Positions 52,602-63,384 of a stretch of 64,000 nucleotides of DNA are shown here, piece after piece. The DNA is from Trypanosoma brucei. Lineage: Eukaryota. The stretch lies in contig CP000070.1 in assembly GCA_000002445.1 (NCBI GenBank), forward strand, positions 1,440,001 to 1,504,000. The letters are read 5' to 3'. How positions within the stretch are numbered: position 1 is the stretch's first letter; each line of letters starts with the position of its first letter. The notes below the pieces were generated by a model that did not search any database, was not told the DNA's origin, and saw only the letters and a program-made list of their open reading frames with translations. A program made the position numbers and the translations under genes.

Positions 52602-54782
52602 ATGCCGCTAGGGATTGTTGCTGCTCCTGCAGCTCGCAAAGCCACTTCGCTCTTTTCACCGATAGCTATCGGGGCAAATAACCGTGTTGTGTTACCCAAC
52701 CGTTTCGTTATGTTACCCATGTACCTCAATATCGAACAGGAGCTTGACATGTGGAGCGACGCTCACATGGATGCCATGGGTACATTTTTCGCAGAGCGCG
52801 CAAGGAATGGTGCCAAGCTAATCGTATGTGGTGGATTGGGTGTCTCCCGTCTCGGAAAGTGGCGGGTGGATAGCATGTCACTTGACACCCGTGACGCAGC
52901 AAAGGCCCTATCGCGTGTGACGGAAGCCGTGCATAAAGAGGGCGGACTTATCCTTGCTCAGGCCCTTCACCCTGGCAGAGCGGCGCGTCGGCGATGGTTT
53001 GTTTCTTCCACCTCCACGCCATCTCCCGTCCAACCGTTTCCTCAGGCACATCCGTGGCGCGTTCCGGGAATGCTACTGGAGTACATTGTGTCCGAGCATG
53101 AGCGATTTGCTCGGCTAGCGGAAGCAGCAGGTTTCGACGGTATTGAAATACCAGTCAGTGAGGGCGCCTTGTTACACAATTTTCTCTCACCTGCCGTCAA
53201 CGACAGGAATGACCGCTTTGGTCGCTCACTTGATGGGAGAATAGAGCCCACGCTCCGGACCCTTGACGCGGTGCGCCGCTCTCTTTCGGACCCTGAGAAG
53301 TTTCTTCTCTCTGTACGGTTGTGCGTGCACGACCTGAAGGTGGGGGGAACCTCCATGGCTGAGACCGTTGCGGTGGCTGAAGCGTTGGCGCGCTTTGGTG
53401 GTGTGGACATGTTAAGCACCAGTGTCGGAATGCACGACTCACCCGTGCAGACCATGGCTTCGTACGTTCCGCAGGCCACGTTCGCTCGGTGCGTACAACA
53501 CGTACGCGAACAACTGCATTTACGTGGGGTAATTCTTCCTGTCGTTGCCACACATCGGGTGCATTCCATAGCTGTAGCAGAGCGATTATTGAAGGATGGT
53601 GTATGTGACCTTGTTGGTGTTGGGCGGCCGTTGCTTGCTGACCCGCAGATGATCCGAAAGGCAGAGGAAGGTCACACCGAGGATATCATCCCCTGCATTG
53701 CGTGTAATCACTGTGTTAATCGTCTGTACAAGCACCAGCGCATGACGTGTGCGCTTAATCCTTTCAGTGGTTATGAACGGGAGCGCCGGTGCACTCCTGC
53801 GCTGTTCAAGAAATCGATAGCCGTTGTTGGTGCAGGTGCTGCGGGTGTTACGTGTGCACTCACGTTATGGCGCCGTGGTCACGATGTTACACTTTTTGAA
53901 AAGTCGAATTACGTTGGCGGGCAACTTAACCTCGCGAAGGTGGTCCCTGGTAAGGAGTCCTACCAGGAGATTTTGGAATACTGGACCAGACAGCTACGGG
54001 AGTCGGCCATTAATGTAAGACTTGGCGCGGAGTTCACCCGGGAAGAGATGGCTCGAAATCACCAATTTTTTCACGCTGTAGTACTTTGCTGCGGAAGCGT
54101 GCCACGTCCCGCTACATCTCACCAGCTTCCCGGAACATCTGAAAGCCGCCTCGTTGTGCCTTTCGAAAAGATTCTTAATGGTAGTGTCCGCGCGGGTCGG
54201 CGCGTTGTTATTATTGGAAATGGTGCGATTTCGCATGATGTGGCCTCGTATTTGCTCCACGACCCGCGTGTGTCACGGAGCATTCACGAGTACTGCGACG
54301 AATGGGGTGTTAACCTCGACGATGGCAGTCTTGACCCACAGGCTGCCTTCCGAGTGCCGCGTAACAACCGCGATGTGGTGTTATTTAATAAAGCGGACAA
54401 GGATGCTGATCTTTCGCGGGGGAGGGGTTGGACGCAAAAGCTGTGGATTCGAAACCACGGTGGTACTATTATCAAACATGGCCTCGTCGAAAATATCGAC
54501 GGAAACGGCGTTCACATCTCTATGGTGCCACCAGACAGTCGCAAATTTTTCGTTGAGTGTGATACCATTGTTTGGGCGTATGGGATGTTGCCGAACATCT
54601 CCGTGGGAACGTGGATTTATGAATGGATGAAGGATGGTGCAAAAAAGCGAGGGGAAATGATTAGGGACTTCAGCATATACAATGCGGGGTCGTGTCGTGA
54701 TAGTTACAGTGGCGAAGGACACGGAGAGCAGGACCTGCTGCAGGCCGTGCATGAGGGGTATGAAATCGGTTACAAGATTTGA
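52602..54782 (+). CDS. FadH-type 2,4-dienoyl-CoA reductase / NADH:flavin oxidoreductase. It has an N-terminal Old-Yellow-Enzyme TIM barrel, a 4Fe-4S Cys motif, and a C-terminal FAD/NAD(P)-binding domain.
   Basis: OYE start LFSPIAIGANNRVVLPNRFVMLPM. An H-x-G-R motif AQALHPGRAARR. Cys cluster CIACNHCVNRLYKHQRMTCALNP. Dinucleotide-binding sites IAVVGAGAAGVTCALTLWRRGHDVTLFEKSNYVGGQL and RVVIIGNGAISHDVASYL. Confidence 0.8.
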   Translation: MPLGIVAAPAARKATSLFSPIAIGANNRVVLPNRFVMLPMYLNIEQELDMWSDAHMDAMGTFFAERARNGAKLIVCGGLGVSRLGKWRVDSMSLDTRDAAKALSRVTEAVHKEGGLILAQALHPGRAARRRWFVSSTSTPSPVQPFPQAHPWRVPGMLLEYIVSEHERFARLAEAAGFDGIEIPVSEGALLHNFLSPAVNDRNDRFGRSLDGRIEPTLRTLDAVRRSLSDPEKFLLSVRLCVHDLKVGGTSMAETVAVAEALARFGGVDMLSTSVGMHDSPVQTMASYVPQATFARCVQHVREQLHLRGVILPVVATHRVHSIAVAERLLKDGVCDLVGVGRPLLADPQMIRKAEEGHTEDIIPCIACNHCVNRLYKHQRMTCALNPFSGYERERRCTPALFKKSIAVVGAGAAGVTCALTLWRRGHDVTLFEKSNYVGGQLNLAKVVPGKESYQEILEYWTRQLRESAINVRLGAEFTREEMARNHQFFHAVVLCCGSVPRPATSHQLPGTSESRLVVPFEKILNGSVRAGRRVVIIGNGAISHDVASYLLHDPRVSRSIHEYCDEWGVNLDDGSLDPQAAFRVPRNNRDVVLFNKADKDADLSRGRGWTQKLWIRNHGGTIIKHGLVENIDGNGVHISMVPPDSRKFFVECDTIVWAYGMLPNISVGTWIYEWMKDGAKKRGEMIRDFSIYNAGSCRDSYSGEGHGEQDLLQAVHEGYEIGYKI

Positions 54783-55203
54783 AGTTAAGCGATTACATTC
54801 TTCGCGTTTTTGTGAAAAGTTGTCTAGCTGCCAACTCGCTGGTGCTTTTTTTTTTCCGCCGCATCAATTCATGTTGTTAGTTATTATCCACAGTGATTAC
54901 TAATAAGAGGCTATGCCTTGCTCACCTAGATACTATGCTGTCACTTCAATCTTTGCACTTCGTCTCTCTCTCTCTCTCTCCCCCTCCCCTTCAATCTACT
55001 GTTTTCATCTAAGCGTCACACCCAAAACTAAGGCGTTTCTTTCCTTGAGGTTAGCTGTGTGGAATCGAGTCAAGATTTTTTCTACTGATTGTGCTCTCTC
55101 CCACACCACTGCAACGGAGGGGAAGAAAAGGCGTCACCGTCTTCCTATTTTCTTTCTTTAAAAAAAAACGTGGGGCCCTCCGGTCAGCGAGGTATCCATT
55201 ATT

Positions 55204-55327
55204 ATTTTTTTTCTTGTTCTGCATTTAATCTTCTTTTGTTATTTTGTTTGTTTTTTTTTAACATCCCATCGTTATCGCTGCTTCCTCTCCTGCTTTCCGT
55301 CTGCAATCTGCCTCTAACTCTCCGCAG
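55204..55327 (+). promoter_or_regulatory. Long T/C-rich polypyrimidine tract ending in ...ctccgcag directly abutting the ATG at 55328; a candidate trans-splice and polyadenylation signal region.
   Basis: ttttttttcttgttctgcatttaatcttcttttgttattttgtttg...cttcctctcctgctttccgtctgcaatctgcctctaactctccgcag. Confidence 0.45.
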
Positions 55328-56422
55328 ATGGTCGGTAAGTGTCCACGACAACCTTTTTTCTACCGTACTCCACCACCTGGCGTAGCAGTTCGAGTTAAAC
55401 AACCCACCACCTCATTCACGGACTGCAGTTGTTGTTTAGATTTGGATGCTCTTTTTCCTAACCGGCGCCCATCACCTCCACTTCCACTCACGCGCTGCGA
55501 ATATCATGAGTTATTGATGGCGTTACCACCTCACCTGCATCATTCCCCATGGGACACATGCTTTGACACAGAGCAAGATGGGTTTTCTCTGCAAAATTTC
55601 TACAGGACCATGAAAGAAATTAATGATGACGGGGACGGCGGTATCGGTATATTTGTTGTTACAAAGCGTGCACCGGAATGTGGTGAACCAACACAACGGC
55701 ACAGTGATGTGGAGTGTGAATCAGGGATTGGTAACGAAGCCCGATCTTGTGAAGCAAATCAGGTGGTTTTAGGTTGCTTTACACCTCAGGTGCCGTGTCT
55801 TGGACGCTCTCAGCATGCCTTCTTTGGAACGGGCGAAACATTTGTTTTCACATATGCTGATATGAACGATGTTGACGCCAGGCGTTCCCGGAACATTCGG
55901 GATGAGCTGTCATCCGCTGTGAATTTTCCAGGATGTGAGGAAGATTCGGAAGCCGGTTCTGACGCTGTGCACAAACACATGCGGGCTCGCAAGCCTACAG
56001 TTAACAGTATGTTATCGACTTACACATGGGTGGGAAAAGAGAGTAACAAGAGGTTCGTCGTTTGCGCCCGTGATTTCTTCGGTATAGGAGGAGGACGTGA
56101 TGGAGCGGCAATATACATTGATGAGAACATTCTGTTTGGCACAAGCAGTATGCATTGTGCAACATTCGATTCCCCACCTCTCTGCGGGTGGACTCAGTCG
56201 TCACTTCCCCACTCCGAGTTCACGGTTATGCGAATGTTGTGGTTCAGAGTAGGGCGGGGAATGTCCATACTGACAGACGTGAAGTTACTTAAGCAGTTGC
56301 CCTGTGACTGTGGCAGGCGTTTGGAGCGGAACAGCGAAAGTTGTACCGCCAGAGTACTTCATGCGGTGGATGATGCAAGTGCTGTGAACAAGGCATCCGG
56401 TTGGCACTTCTGTGCCCAGTGA
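55328..56422 (+). CDS. TLDc-domain protein (364 aa) with a Pro-rich N-terminus.
   Basis: TLDc-like core: LLMALPPHLHHSPWDTCFDTEQDGFSLQNFYRTM ... ETFVFTY ... FFGIGGGRDGAAIYIDENILFGTSSMHCATFDSPPLC. Confidence 0.65.
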   Translation: MVGKCPRQPFFYRTPPPGVAVRVKQPTTSFTDCSCCLDLDALFPNRRPSPPLPLTRCEYHELLMALPPHLHHSPWDTCFDTEQDGFSLQNFYRTMKEINDDGDGGIGIFVVTKRAPECGEPTQRHSDVECESGIGNEARSCEANQVVLGCFTPQVPCLGRSQHAFFGTGETFVFTYADMNDVDARRSRNIRDELSSAVNFPGCEEDSEAGSDAVHKHMRARKPTVNSMLSTYTWVGKESNKRFVVCARDFFGIGGGRDGAAIYIDENILFGTSSMHCATFDSPPLCGWTQSSLPHSEFTVMRMLWFRVGRGMSILTDVKLLKQLPCDCGRRLERNSESCTARVLHAVDDASAVNKASGWHFCAQ

Positions 56423-57335
56423 CCAAAGCTATCACTTTGAGAGGTGTCTTTTCTTTCGTTTTTGTATATGAGGCGTCTCTGGGTACGTGACAATTTTTTT
56501 TTGTTTTGCTTTGTTTTGTTTTTATTTTTTTTTTGTTGCCTTGCGCTGCTTTATGTTACGTTTGTCCTTTATTTTATTTTTTTTTGTTATTTTTATTATT
56601 ATTATTATTTAATGTCCCCCTTACTCTTGGGCTTTCGCCCGACTTGATACAGTAGTTATATTACTCCATATATAAGCAGACGAATGCGTATATCTACACA
56701 TGTATATAGATATGTTATAGCACAGTACACTTATTTGTGTATGTGTGCTGTTTTCTTCTTTGTTCTGTTTGCTTTTTTGATGTTGTTGTTCCTGCAACCG
56801 CTTCAATTATCACTCACTATTATTTTATTTTGCCATAGTGAACTACAGAGGTACGTTGTAATAGTCACAACTAACCTAAAAGTAGGTGAGCGGTGGGTAA
56901 CCGACGAAGGTTAAGAAAAAGAAAGTGTTGTGTAGAAGAAAACATAGTGCAACGGGAAGAGTTGGCGAAACGGGGAAAAGTGTAAAGGAGAATCCCAAGT
57001 AGCGTAACGGCAACAAACCTCCTCCCCTCCCCCGAAAAGGAAGATATCTTTACGCCAGGTTAGTGCGAAAAAAAAAAGGGAGGGAGTGCAAAAGGAACAA
57101 TACAACCCTCTGTGTGAACACGGAACAAAAGAAACAAGCGGACAACATTGAGCAGTACTCACATCAAAGGTACGAATTACTACGTGGGGGGAATATTCAA
57201 TTTTTTTTTTTTTACGAAATCAACTTCAGCGGTAACAGGGTAAGAAAGGAAGTACAAACAATTTGATACGGGAGAGAGGCACAAATATATATATATATAT
57301 ACGGTAGCGTAGAAAAACAACAACAACAACAACTA

Positions 57336-59315
57336 ATGTGCGGGATATTCGGTTACATTCTTCACCGCATTCCCTGCACAACCCGTGATGTCCTCAATGT
57401 GTTGCTCGACAGTTTACAGCGCATGGAATACCGCGGTTACGATAGCGCGGGTTTGTGTGTTGACGATGTGAAATCAAAAAAGCATATTGTGGTGCGCAGC
57501 GTAGGAAACATATCAAAGCTTCGGGAACGCGTTTTCAGTGGTTGTGCCGATTTGGACTTTAATGCACAGCTGGAAAATCACGAAGGAATAGCGCACACTC
57601 GTTGGGCAACACACGGACCGCCGTCTGAGGCAAACTGCCACCCACAGGCAAGTAATAATATGGAGTTCGTTGTGGTTCACAATGGCATCATCACTAACTT
57701 CATGACCATCAAGCAAATGCTGCTGGAAGAGGGATACCACTTCAGCAGTGACACGGACACGGAAGTAATTGTTGTGTTAGCTGAACATATCTTTTCGATG
57801 GATCACTCGATTAGCTTCGCTGACCTTGCCGGGAAAGTAATGGCAGAGTTGGATGGTGCCTACGCACTGTTAATTAAATCCGTCCATTTCCCTGGGGAAC
57901 TTATAGCGTGTAAGGAAGCCTCGCCGCTGGTAATAGGCCTACAAAACGGTAAGAGCAATGGAACAGCAAGCGGAATCGCAAATGGGTCTGTTATGAACAA
58001 GTTGTTTTTCTCCTCTGACGTCGCGTCCTTTCTTCCTTATACGCAGGAGGTTATTTTCCTAGAAGACGGCGATGTGGCCCATTACTCAAAAGGTGCTCTG
58101 ACGCTTTACAATGATGCCACACCAGTTAGTCGCACATCACAAACTGTCGATGTGTCACCCGAGGGACTCTGCAAGGGGGCATATCCAAGTTTCATGCTGA
58201 AGGAAATATACGAGCAACCGGAAAGTGTGTCACGTTCAATGCGTGATCGGATTGATTTTAACACACGTGAGGTTACAATCAAAGAGATGAGCGATGGTGT
58301 TCGCACGACGCTGCTCAGCGCCCGCCGCCTGATGCTGGTGGCGTGCGGAACCTCATTCCACAGTTGCGTTGCTGCAAGACCGATATTTGAGGAGCTTTTA
58401 CCAAATATTTCCATTACACTTGAGAATGCGCCGGACCTCCTTGACAGAGAACCGAGAATAGGGAGTGATGATGTTTGCATATTTGTCTCTCAGTCCGGTG
58501 AAACGGCGGATACCCTCATGGCTTTACAGTATTGCAAGAAGTACGAGGCAATGATTGTAGGACTAACAAACGTACCGGGCTCAAGCGTGCTGCGACTATC
58601 TGACTTCGCCCTGTTGCTCAACGCTGGTGTGGAAGTGGGCGTTGCATCCACGAAAGCATACACATCACAGGTTGTAGTTTTAACGCTGTTAGCCCTTTTT
58701 CTAAGCAAGGAAAACTGTAGTGGGAACAGTTCCCATTCACACGGTGGTAGTCAATCACCAATACAAAAGCGACGCTTAGAAATTATCGATGGGTTGGCGG
58801 CTCTTCCGGGAGCACTTTCGCACTGCCTGAAGTGTACTAATGATGTTGCCACGAAATTGGCCGAGGAGTTGTGTGATGCGAAAGCTATCCTTATTCTTGG
58901 TCGCGGCTATGATTACGCCACCGCGTTGGAGGCTGCTTTGAAGGTTAAGGAACTAACTTACATCCACACAGAGGGTATCCACTGCGGTGAACTCAAACAT
59001 GGGCCTCTTGCTCTAGTGGATGAGCATTCCACAATTGTAGCTTTTTGTCCCCATGATAAATTTTTGGGGCGCAGCAAAAGTGCCATTCAACAGGTAAAAG
59101 CACGCGGTGGGCGTGTGGTGGCCATAACGACAGAACCGGATGCGGAGTTGGTTAGCGCTACTTCGCGTTGTGTGGAAGTTCCAGCCATAGTGGATTGCCT
59201 TCAGGGCATCGTGAATGTAGTGCCATTGCAGTTACTCGCCCACCACCTTGCAGTGCGACGTGGCCTAAATGTGGACTGCCCGAGGAATCTTGCGAAGAGT
59301 GTAACGGTTCAATGA
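57336..59315 (+). CDS. GFAT: Glutamine:fructose-6-phosphate amidotransferase (glucosamine-6-phosphate synthase), 659 aa.
   Basis: N-terminal MCGIFGYI with an Ntn Cys2 amidotransferase domain (RGYDSAGL, HTRWATHG). Two SIS domains (DDVCIFVSQSGETADT, KAILILGRGYDYATALEAALKVKELTYIH). Matches the kinetoplastid GFAT lacking the long fungal insert. Confidence 0.95.
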   Translation: MCGIFGYILHRIPCTTRDVLNVLLDSLQRMEYRGYDSAGLCVDDVKSKKHIVVRSVGNISKLRERVFSGCADLDFNAQLENHEGIAHTRWATHGPPSEANCHPQASNNMEFVVVHNGIITNFMTIKQMLLEEGYHFSSDTDTEVIVVLAEHIFSMDHSISFADLAGKVMAELDGAYALLIKSVHFPGELIACKEASPLVIGLQNGKSNGTASGIANGSVMNKLFFSSDVASFLPYTQEVIFLEDGDVAHYSKGALTLYNDATPVSRTSQTVDVSPEGLCKGAYPSFMLKEIYEQPESVSRSMRDRIDFNTREVTIKEMSDGVRTTLLSARRLMLVACGTSFHSCVAARPIFEELLPNISITLENAPDLLDREPRIGSDDVCIFVSQSGETADTLMALQYCKKYEAMIVGLTNVPGSSVLRLSDFALLLNAGVEVGVASTKAYTSQVVVLTLLALFLSKENCSGNSSHSHGGSQSPIQKRRLEIIDGLAALPGALSHCLKCTNDVATKLAEELCDAKAILILGRGYDYATALEAALKVKELTYIHTEGIHCGELKHGPLALVDEHSTIVAFCPHDKFLGRSKSAIQQVKARGGRVVAITTEPDAELVSATSRCVEVPAIVDCLQGIVNVVPLQLLAHHLAVRRGLNVDCPRNLAKSVTVQ

Positions 59316-59939
59316 AAATAATTTAAAAAGGGTGATGATAAATGATGAGAGGACGTGTGGGCGGAGACTGACAAACACCTATAAGTCAAGTGTCGTGGAT
59401 CGACAATCTGTGGGGCAAATTATATATTACAGTGCCCGCAGGCGGAATCGCACACGAGTATGAGGTGCCGGGTGATGCTACAGTAATCGAGAAGTGAAAT
59501 ACAAAGTTTTTGTAGCAATCTAATGATTCTAAATGTATTAGTCGGTTTTTTACGTTCACTTTAAACGTATAGCTCAGCTACATCAAGCGGGAGGGGATGT
59601 GCTTTATATCTGTAACTGTTAAGGGTAGCTTTACTTTATGCCTTAATAACATTACATTTCTTCCATTTCAACGCCCTGCGACACACCTTCAGCGGTGCCC
59701 GTACACGTGTCTCTTCGGTGAATTACTCGATGTGCTGCGGCTCTTCACGATTTGTTGACTTCCCCCATGGTCTTCGTTTTTTTTGTGGGGGGGGGGGGGA
59801 ATAGCATTTCCTCCCCCTTTTTCCCTCCCCCTTCCAATGCCATTGAATATGAGCACATTTCTTTCAATTATCATTTTTTTTTCTTCGTGAGCTCGCCGTG
59901 GGCATATTTTTATTGTTCTTATATACTCCTTCCGCAACG

Positions 59940-60015
59940 AAACTAAAGACGAGTCGTTATTATTATTGTTATTATGATTATGATGATGATGATGATTATT
60001 ATTATTATTATTCAT
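59940..60015. repeat. (TTA)n/(TGA)n compound trinucleotide repeat in the GFAT-MOB1 intergenic region.
   Basis: tattattattgttattatgattatgatgatgatgatgattattattattattattc. Confidence 0.85.
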
Positions 60016-60235
60016 TTCCACCTGACTTCGTTGTCTTGCCCTCATTTTTATCTTCGTTACACGTTTGCTTCACTGATGGAAACGGAGTCGACGTTGGGAA
60101 GCATGGAAATGAAAAGGGGAAGAGAGGAGTCACACTAAAGCGAAGGGACCACAAGTAACATGAGCGAATAATGTGGGTTCTGTTTTGTGCACCCCGTTGT
60201 TGTGGATGCCAGTTACTCTAGTCAGTTTTGTGGAT

Positions 60236-60701
60236 CAGCTGTCCACGCCCGAACAAACCAGCAACCGAGTAATTGTTGTGGTTGATTGAAGGTTTGCGAA
60301 GCAAATCTACCACCTTCAGTTGTGTCCTTGTGCACCGAACCTCTCGGTTTCAGTGAATGTTGTGTGGTGACTGTTTTCTTTCCTTTTCTTTGTTCTTTTC
60401 GTTCTTTCCGTGTCATATCTCCTCTTTTTTCCTCGGACAGATGATGTTTATCGATTTCGAAACTTACTCACACTTGAGGCTCCTGCGACCAGGACCCTCT
60501 TTCCTGTTTTTTCTGGATGGTGGAGGATTTATGAATCATTGTGGCTGTGCAACATATCTGTTTAACACCTCTACTGCACTCATCGTCCCTCCACAATTAT
60601 GTTCCGTTGTTTCCTTAATTTGCTTTTAGAAAGGTAAGCTCTGGTATTCGTTTGCTCTTCACAATATGTTGGGGAAACATATTTTCACTTGTTATGACGA
60701 T
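60236..60701 (+). repeat. 466-bp direct repeat copy 1, lying upstream of the first MOB1 gene. It contains a long polypyrimidine tract.
   Basis: Near-identical to 62551-63016 (offset 2315 bp). The tract is ttttctttccttttctttgttcttttcgttctttccgtgtcatatctcctcttttttcctcggacag. Confidence 0.9.
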
Positions 60702-61092
60702 GCTGCTGCTTGCTTTTGCGTTGAGCAAATCAATCACCCGTCGCAACACTGTTAAAACTAAACTGTGACGCGAGAACAAAACCACACTACCAGTACGCTG
60801 GAGCTGTTGTTTTGCATGCCTAAATGTATCTGTAAACCAAAGCTGGTGAATGCTCCGTACCTAAATGTGAAAAAGTTGGATGTGCAAGGAGGCAGCTAGC
60901 TAGCTTATCTCCTAGCGAGTCGGATCTTCTTAATATATTTCTTCTCTTTCCCATAATGACGTTCAATGCGAGCACTCGGGCACAAGAAAAAAAAGAATGT
61001 TCCCTACTTTCATCCCTCCCTTTATTCAATTTGTTTAAAATAAAAGCATTGTGGTAAAATAAATTCCACAAGCGGCATAGAAAATTATTCTC

Positions 61093-61719
61093 ATGGAAAA
61101 GCATAAGGAAGGAACTGAACGTTACAACCTCCACAAGTTTGCCAAATCACTTGTGCGCTCAGGTGACCTCAGTGCTGCTGTAAAGCTACCGCAAGGTACA
61201 GATCTGAATCATTGGCTTTCCGTACACACTGTAGATTTCTACAACATCACTAATGTTTTGTACGGCTCTCTAACAGAGTTTTGCACGAACAGCAGTTGTC
61301 CTGTCATGTCGTCAGGTCCACGCTATGAGTATTTATGGCGTGACCCGCCGGAATATCCAAAAGCAACGAAGGTGAGCGCACCGGAGTATGTGAGATTGTT
61401 GATGGAGTGGATCGAGCGGCAGATCAATGATGAACGTGTGTTTCCGTCTGAGGATCGTAATCCCTATCCACCAGATTTCGCGGATAGAGTGAAGGCGTGT
61501 TTCAAGCGACTGTTCCGCGTTTATGCACACGTTTACTATTCCCACTTTGCGAAGATTCGTGAGTTGCAGGAGGAATCTCACATCAACACCGCACTGAAAC
61601 ATTTTATGTATTTTGTGTGGGAATTTGATCTGATTCCTCGTGAGGAGGTGTCTCCGCTGCGTGAATTGCTGGTAAACTTAATGGGTCAGCGCGCGAAGGA
61701 AAAGTTGGAGGTTCCGTAA
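61093..61719 (+). CDS. MOB1: MOB1/phocein-family kinase co-activator, 208 aa. This is the short-N-terminus paralogue.
   Basis: Mob1 core: LPQGTDLNHWLSVHTVDFYNITNVLYGSLTEFCT..SCPVMSSGPRYEYLWRD...EYVRLLMEWIERQINDERVFPS..YPPDF...HVYYSHF. It starts MEKHKEG and so lacks the conserved N-terminal KPKK segment. Confidence 0.9.
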   Translation: MEKHKEGTERYNLHKFAKSLVRSGDLSAAVKLPQGTDLNHWLSVHTVDFYNITNVLYGSLTEFCTNSSCPVMSSGPRYEYLWRDPPEYPKATKVSAPEYVRLLMEWIERQINDERVFPSEDRNPYPPDFADRVKACFKRLFRVYAHVYYSHFAKIRELQEESHINTALKHFMYFVWEFDLIPREEVSPLRELLVNLMGQRAKEKLEVP

Positions 61720-62550
61720 ACAATTTGTGTGCGCGCCCTTGTGTTGGTGCCTTCTTCTAGCAGGGATGATTTCTGCTCATTTTTTAATAAATCGAAGTGC
61801 ACATCCTCATTGGTTGATGGTAATGTTGGTCCTGAATGTTATTTCTCTTTATTAATCAATTTTTGCAGTGACAATTGGTAGAGCAAGTGATGGGTTGATT
61901 CAAAGCCTTCACTTTCGTCCCAACTCACGCAGTTATTAATGATGGTGAAATCTTTTTTTTTAATCACTGACCGGAGAAGAACCACTGGGTTGCTTTACCT
62001 TTCATACACCTTCGTTTTGGTATGGTGAAGCCTGAAACTTCTGTCCGCCTTACAAAAAGGCTGTTTCCATCCACTTTCTCTTTTATATTGATTCGACAAT
62101 TCGATTTTTATTGGATAGTGTTGTGTTGGGCTTGGACGGGTTTAATTAATAGTCCGGATGACGGTTGTTGTGACAGAATGGACATGTTTGGCTTGTGCGA
62201 GGGAGAGGTTTGTACACGCGTGTTTCACATCCTTTTTACGTAATTGTTGCAATCGTAAAGTGAATTTATTTTGTGGATGATGGGATGTACTGAGGAAGGT
62301 AAGGAGTCGTTTATAGACATGTTGTGGAAAGCTCCACGGTGTGAAGCGTTCTAAGTGGCGCTTCTTCTTAAGAGTGAACGGATTTAATGGTAAGTGTGCT
62401 CCTACTTGGTGGATAGTGTCACGTTATTTTTCGCAGAAGGGGTGCCTCTATTTGTGCAGTGCACATTGATTTATGCCCTTGATAGGAAATTTATGTATAT
62501 CATTAATTGTTGATTGAAAAAGAAAAATTAGTTTGGCTCCACAGACTCTT

Positions 62551-63016
62551 CAGCTGTCCACGCCCGAACAAACCAGCAACCGAGTAATTGTTGTGGTTGA
62601 TTGAAGGTTTGCGAAGCAAATCTACCACCTTCAGTTGTGTCCTTGTGCACCGAACCTCTCGGTTTCAGTGAATGTTGTGTGGTGACTGTTTTCTTTCCTT
62701 TTCTTTGTTCTTTTCGTTCTTTCCGTGTCATATCTCCTCTTTTTTCCTCGGACAGATGATGTTTATCGATTTCGAAACTTACTCACACTTGAGGCTCCTG
62801 CGACCAGGACCCTCTTTCCTGTTTTTTCTGGATGGTGGAGGATTTATGAATCATTGTGGCTGTGCAACATATCTGTTCAACACCTCTACTGCACTCATCG
62901 TCCCTCCACAATTATGTTCCGTTGTTTCCTTAATCTGCTTTTAGAAAGGTAAGCTCTGGTATTCGTTTGCTCTTCACAATATGTTAGGGAAACATATTTT
63001 CACTTGTTATGACGAT
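62551..63016 (+). repeat. 466-bp direct repeat copy 2, lying upstream of the second MOB1 gene.
   Basis: Same sequence as 60236-60701. Confidence 0.9.
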
Positions 63017-63384
63017 ACTATAGGGAGCTGCATGTGAAGGACTGCCGTTGTGGGTCCTCGAGCGGCTGTGTGGATACAATAATCTTTCATTTCGCTTTTA
63101 CAAGCACTTGCGCGCATATTTCCTTCCATCTTCTTCTTGCCATGTGCCCGTCTTTTGCGGGTGCTACGCTAACTTGTCCAAAGGTAAAGAATGTTGGCGA
63201 CACAACATACCTGTTTGGGGAGGTGGTTGATCCTGGAAATTGCCGCTCGGAGAAATAACTCAGTTAATATTTATTGCGCCCTGGTACAAGTACACACCGG
63301 AGAGATGCCTGTTACCCATCTTGTCGGCATCACGCACTACTCACTCACCCCACCTTCACCAATCCGTCTATTCTAACAAGGCCT

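Noticed and set aside
59560-59640. tagctcag-like string suggestive of a tRNA D-loop in the GFAT 3' flank.
   Set aside because: The surrounding sequence cannot be folded into an acceptor stem or a T-loop, and there is no GTTCGAATC-type T-arm nearby. It is probably a chance match.
60222-60629. Paired + and - ORFs (60222-60416 on -, 60357-60629 on +) that recur identically at 62528-62944.
   Set aside because: They lie inside the 466-bp direct repeat upstream of each MOB1 gene. The sequence is a pyrimidine tract (UTR/splice signal), and its recurrence reflects repeat identity, not coding constraint.
61333-61602. 89-aa minus-strand ORF inside MOB1 (also at 63676-63945).
   Set aside because: It is antisense to a strongly supported Mob1 coding sequence and is duplicated only because MOB1 is duplicated.
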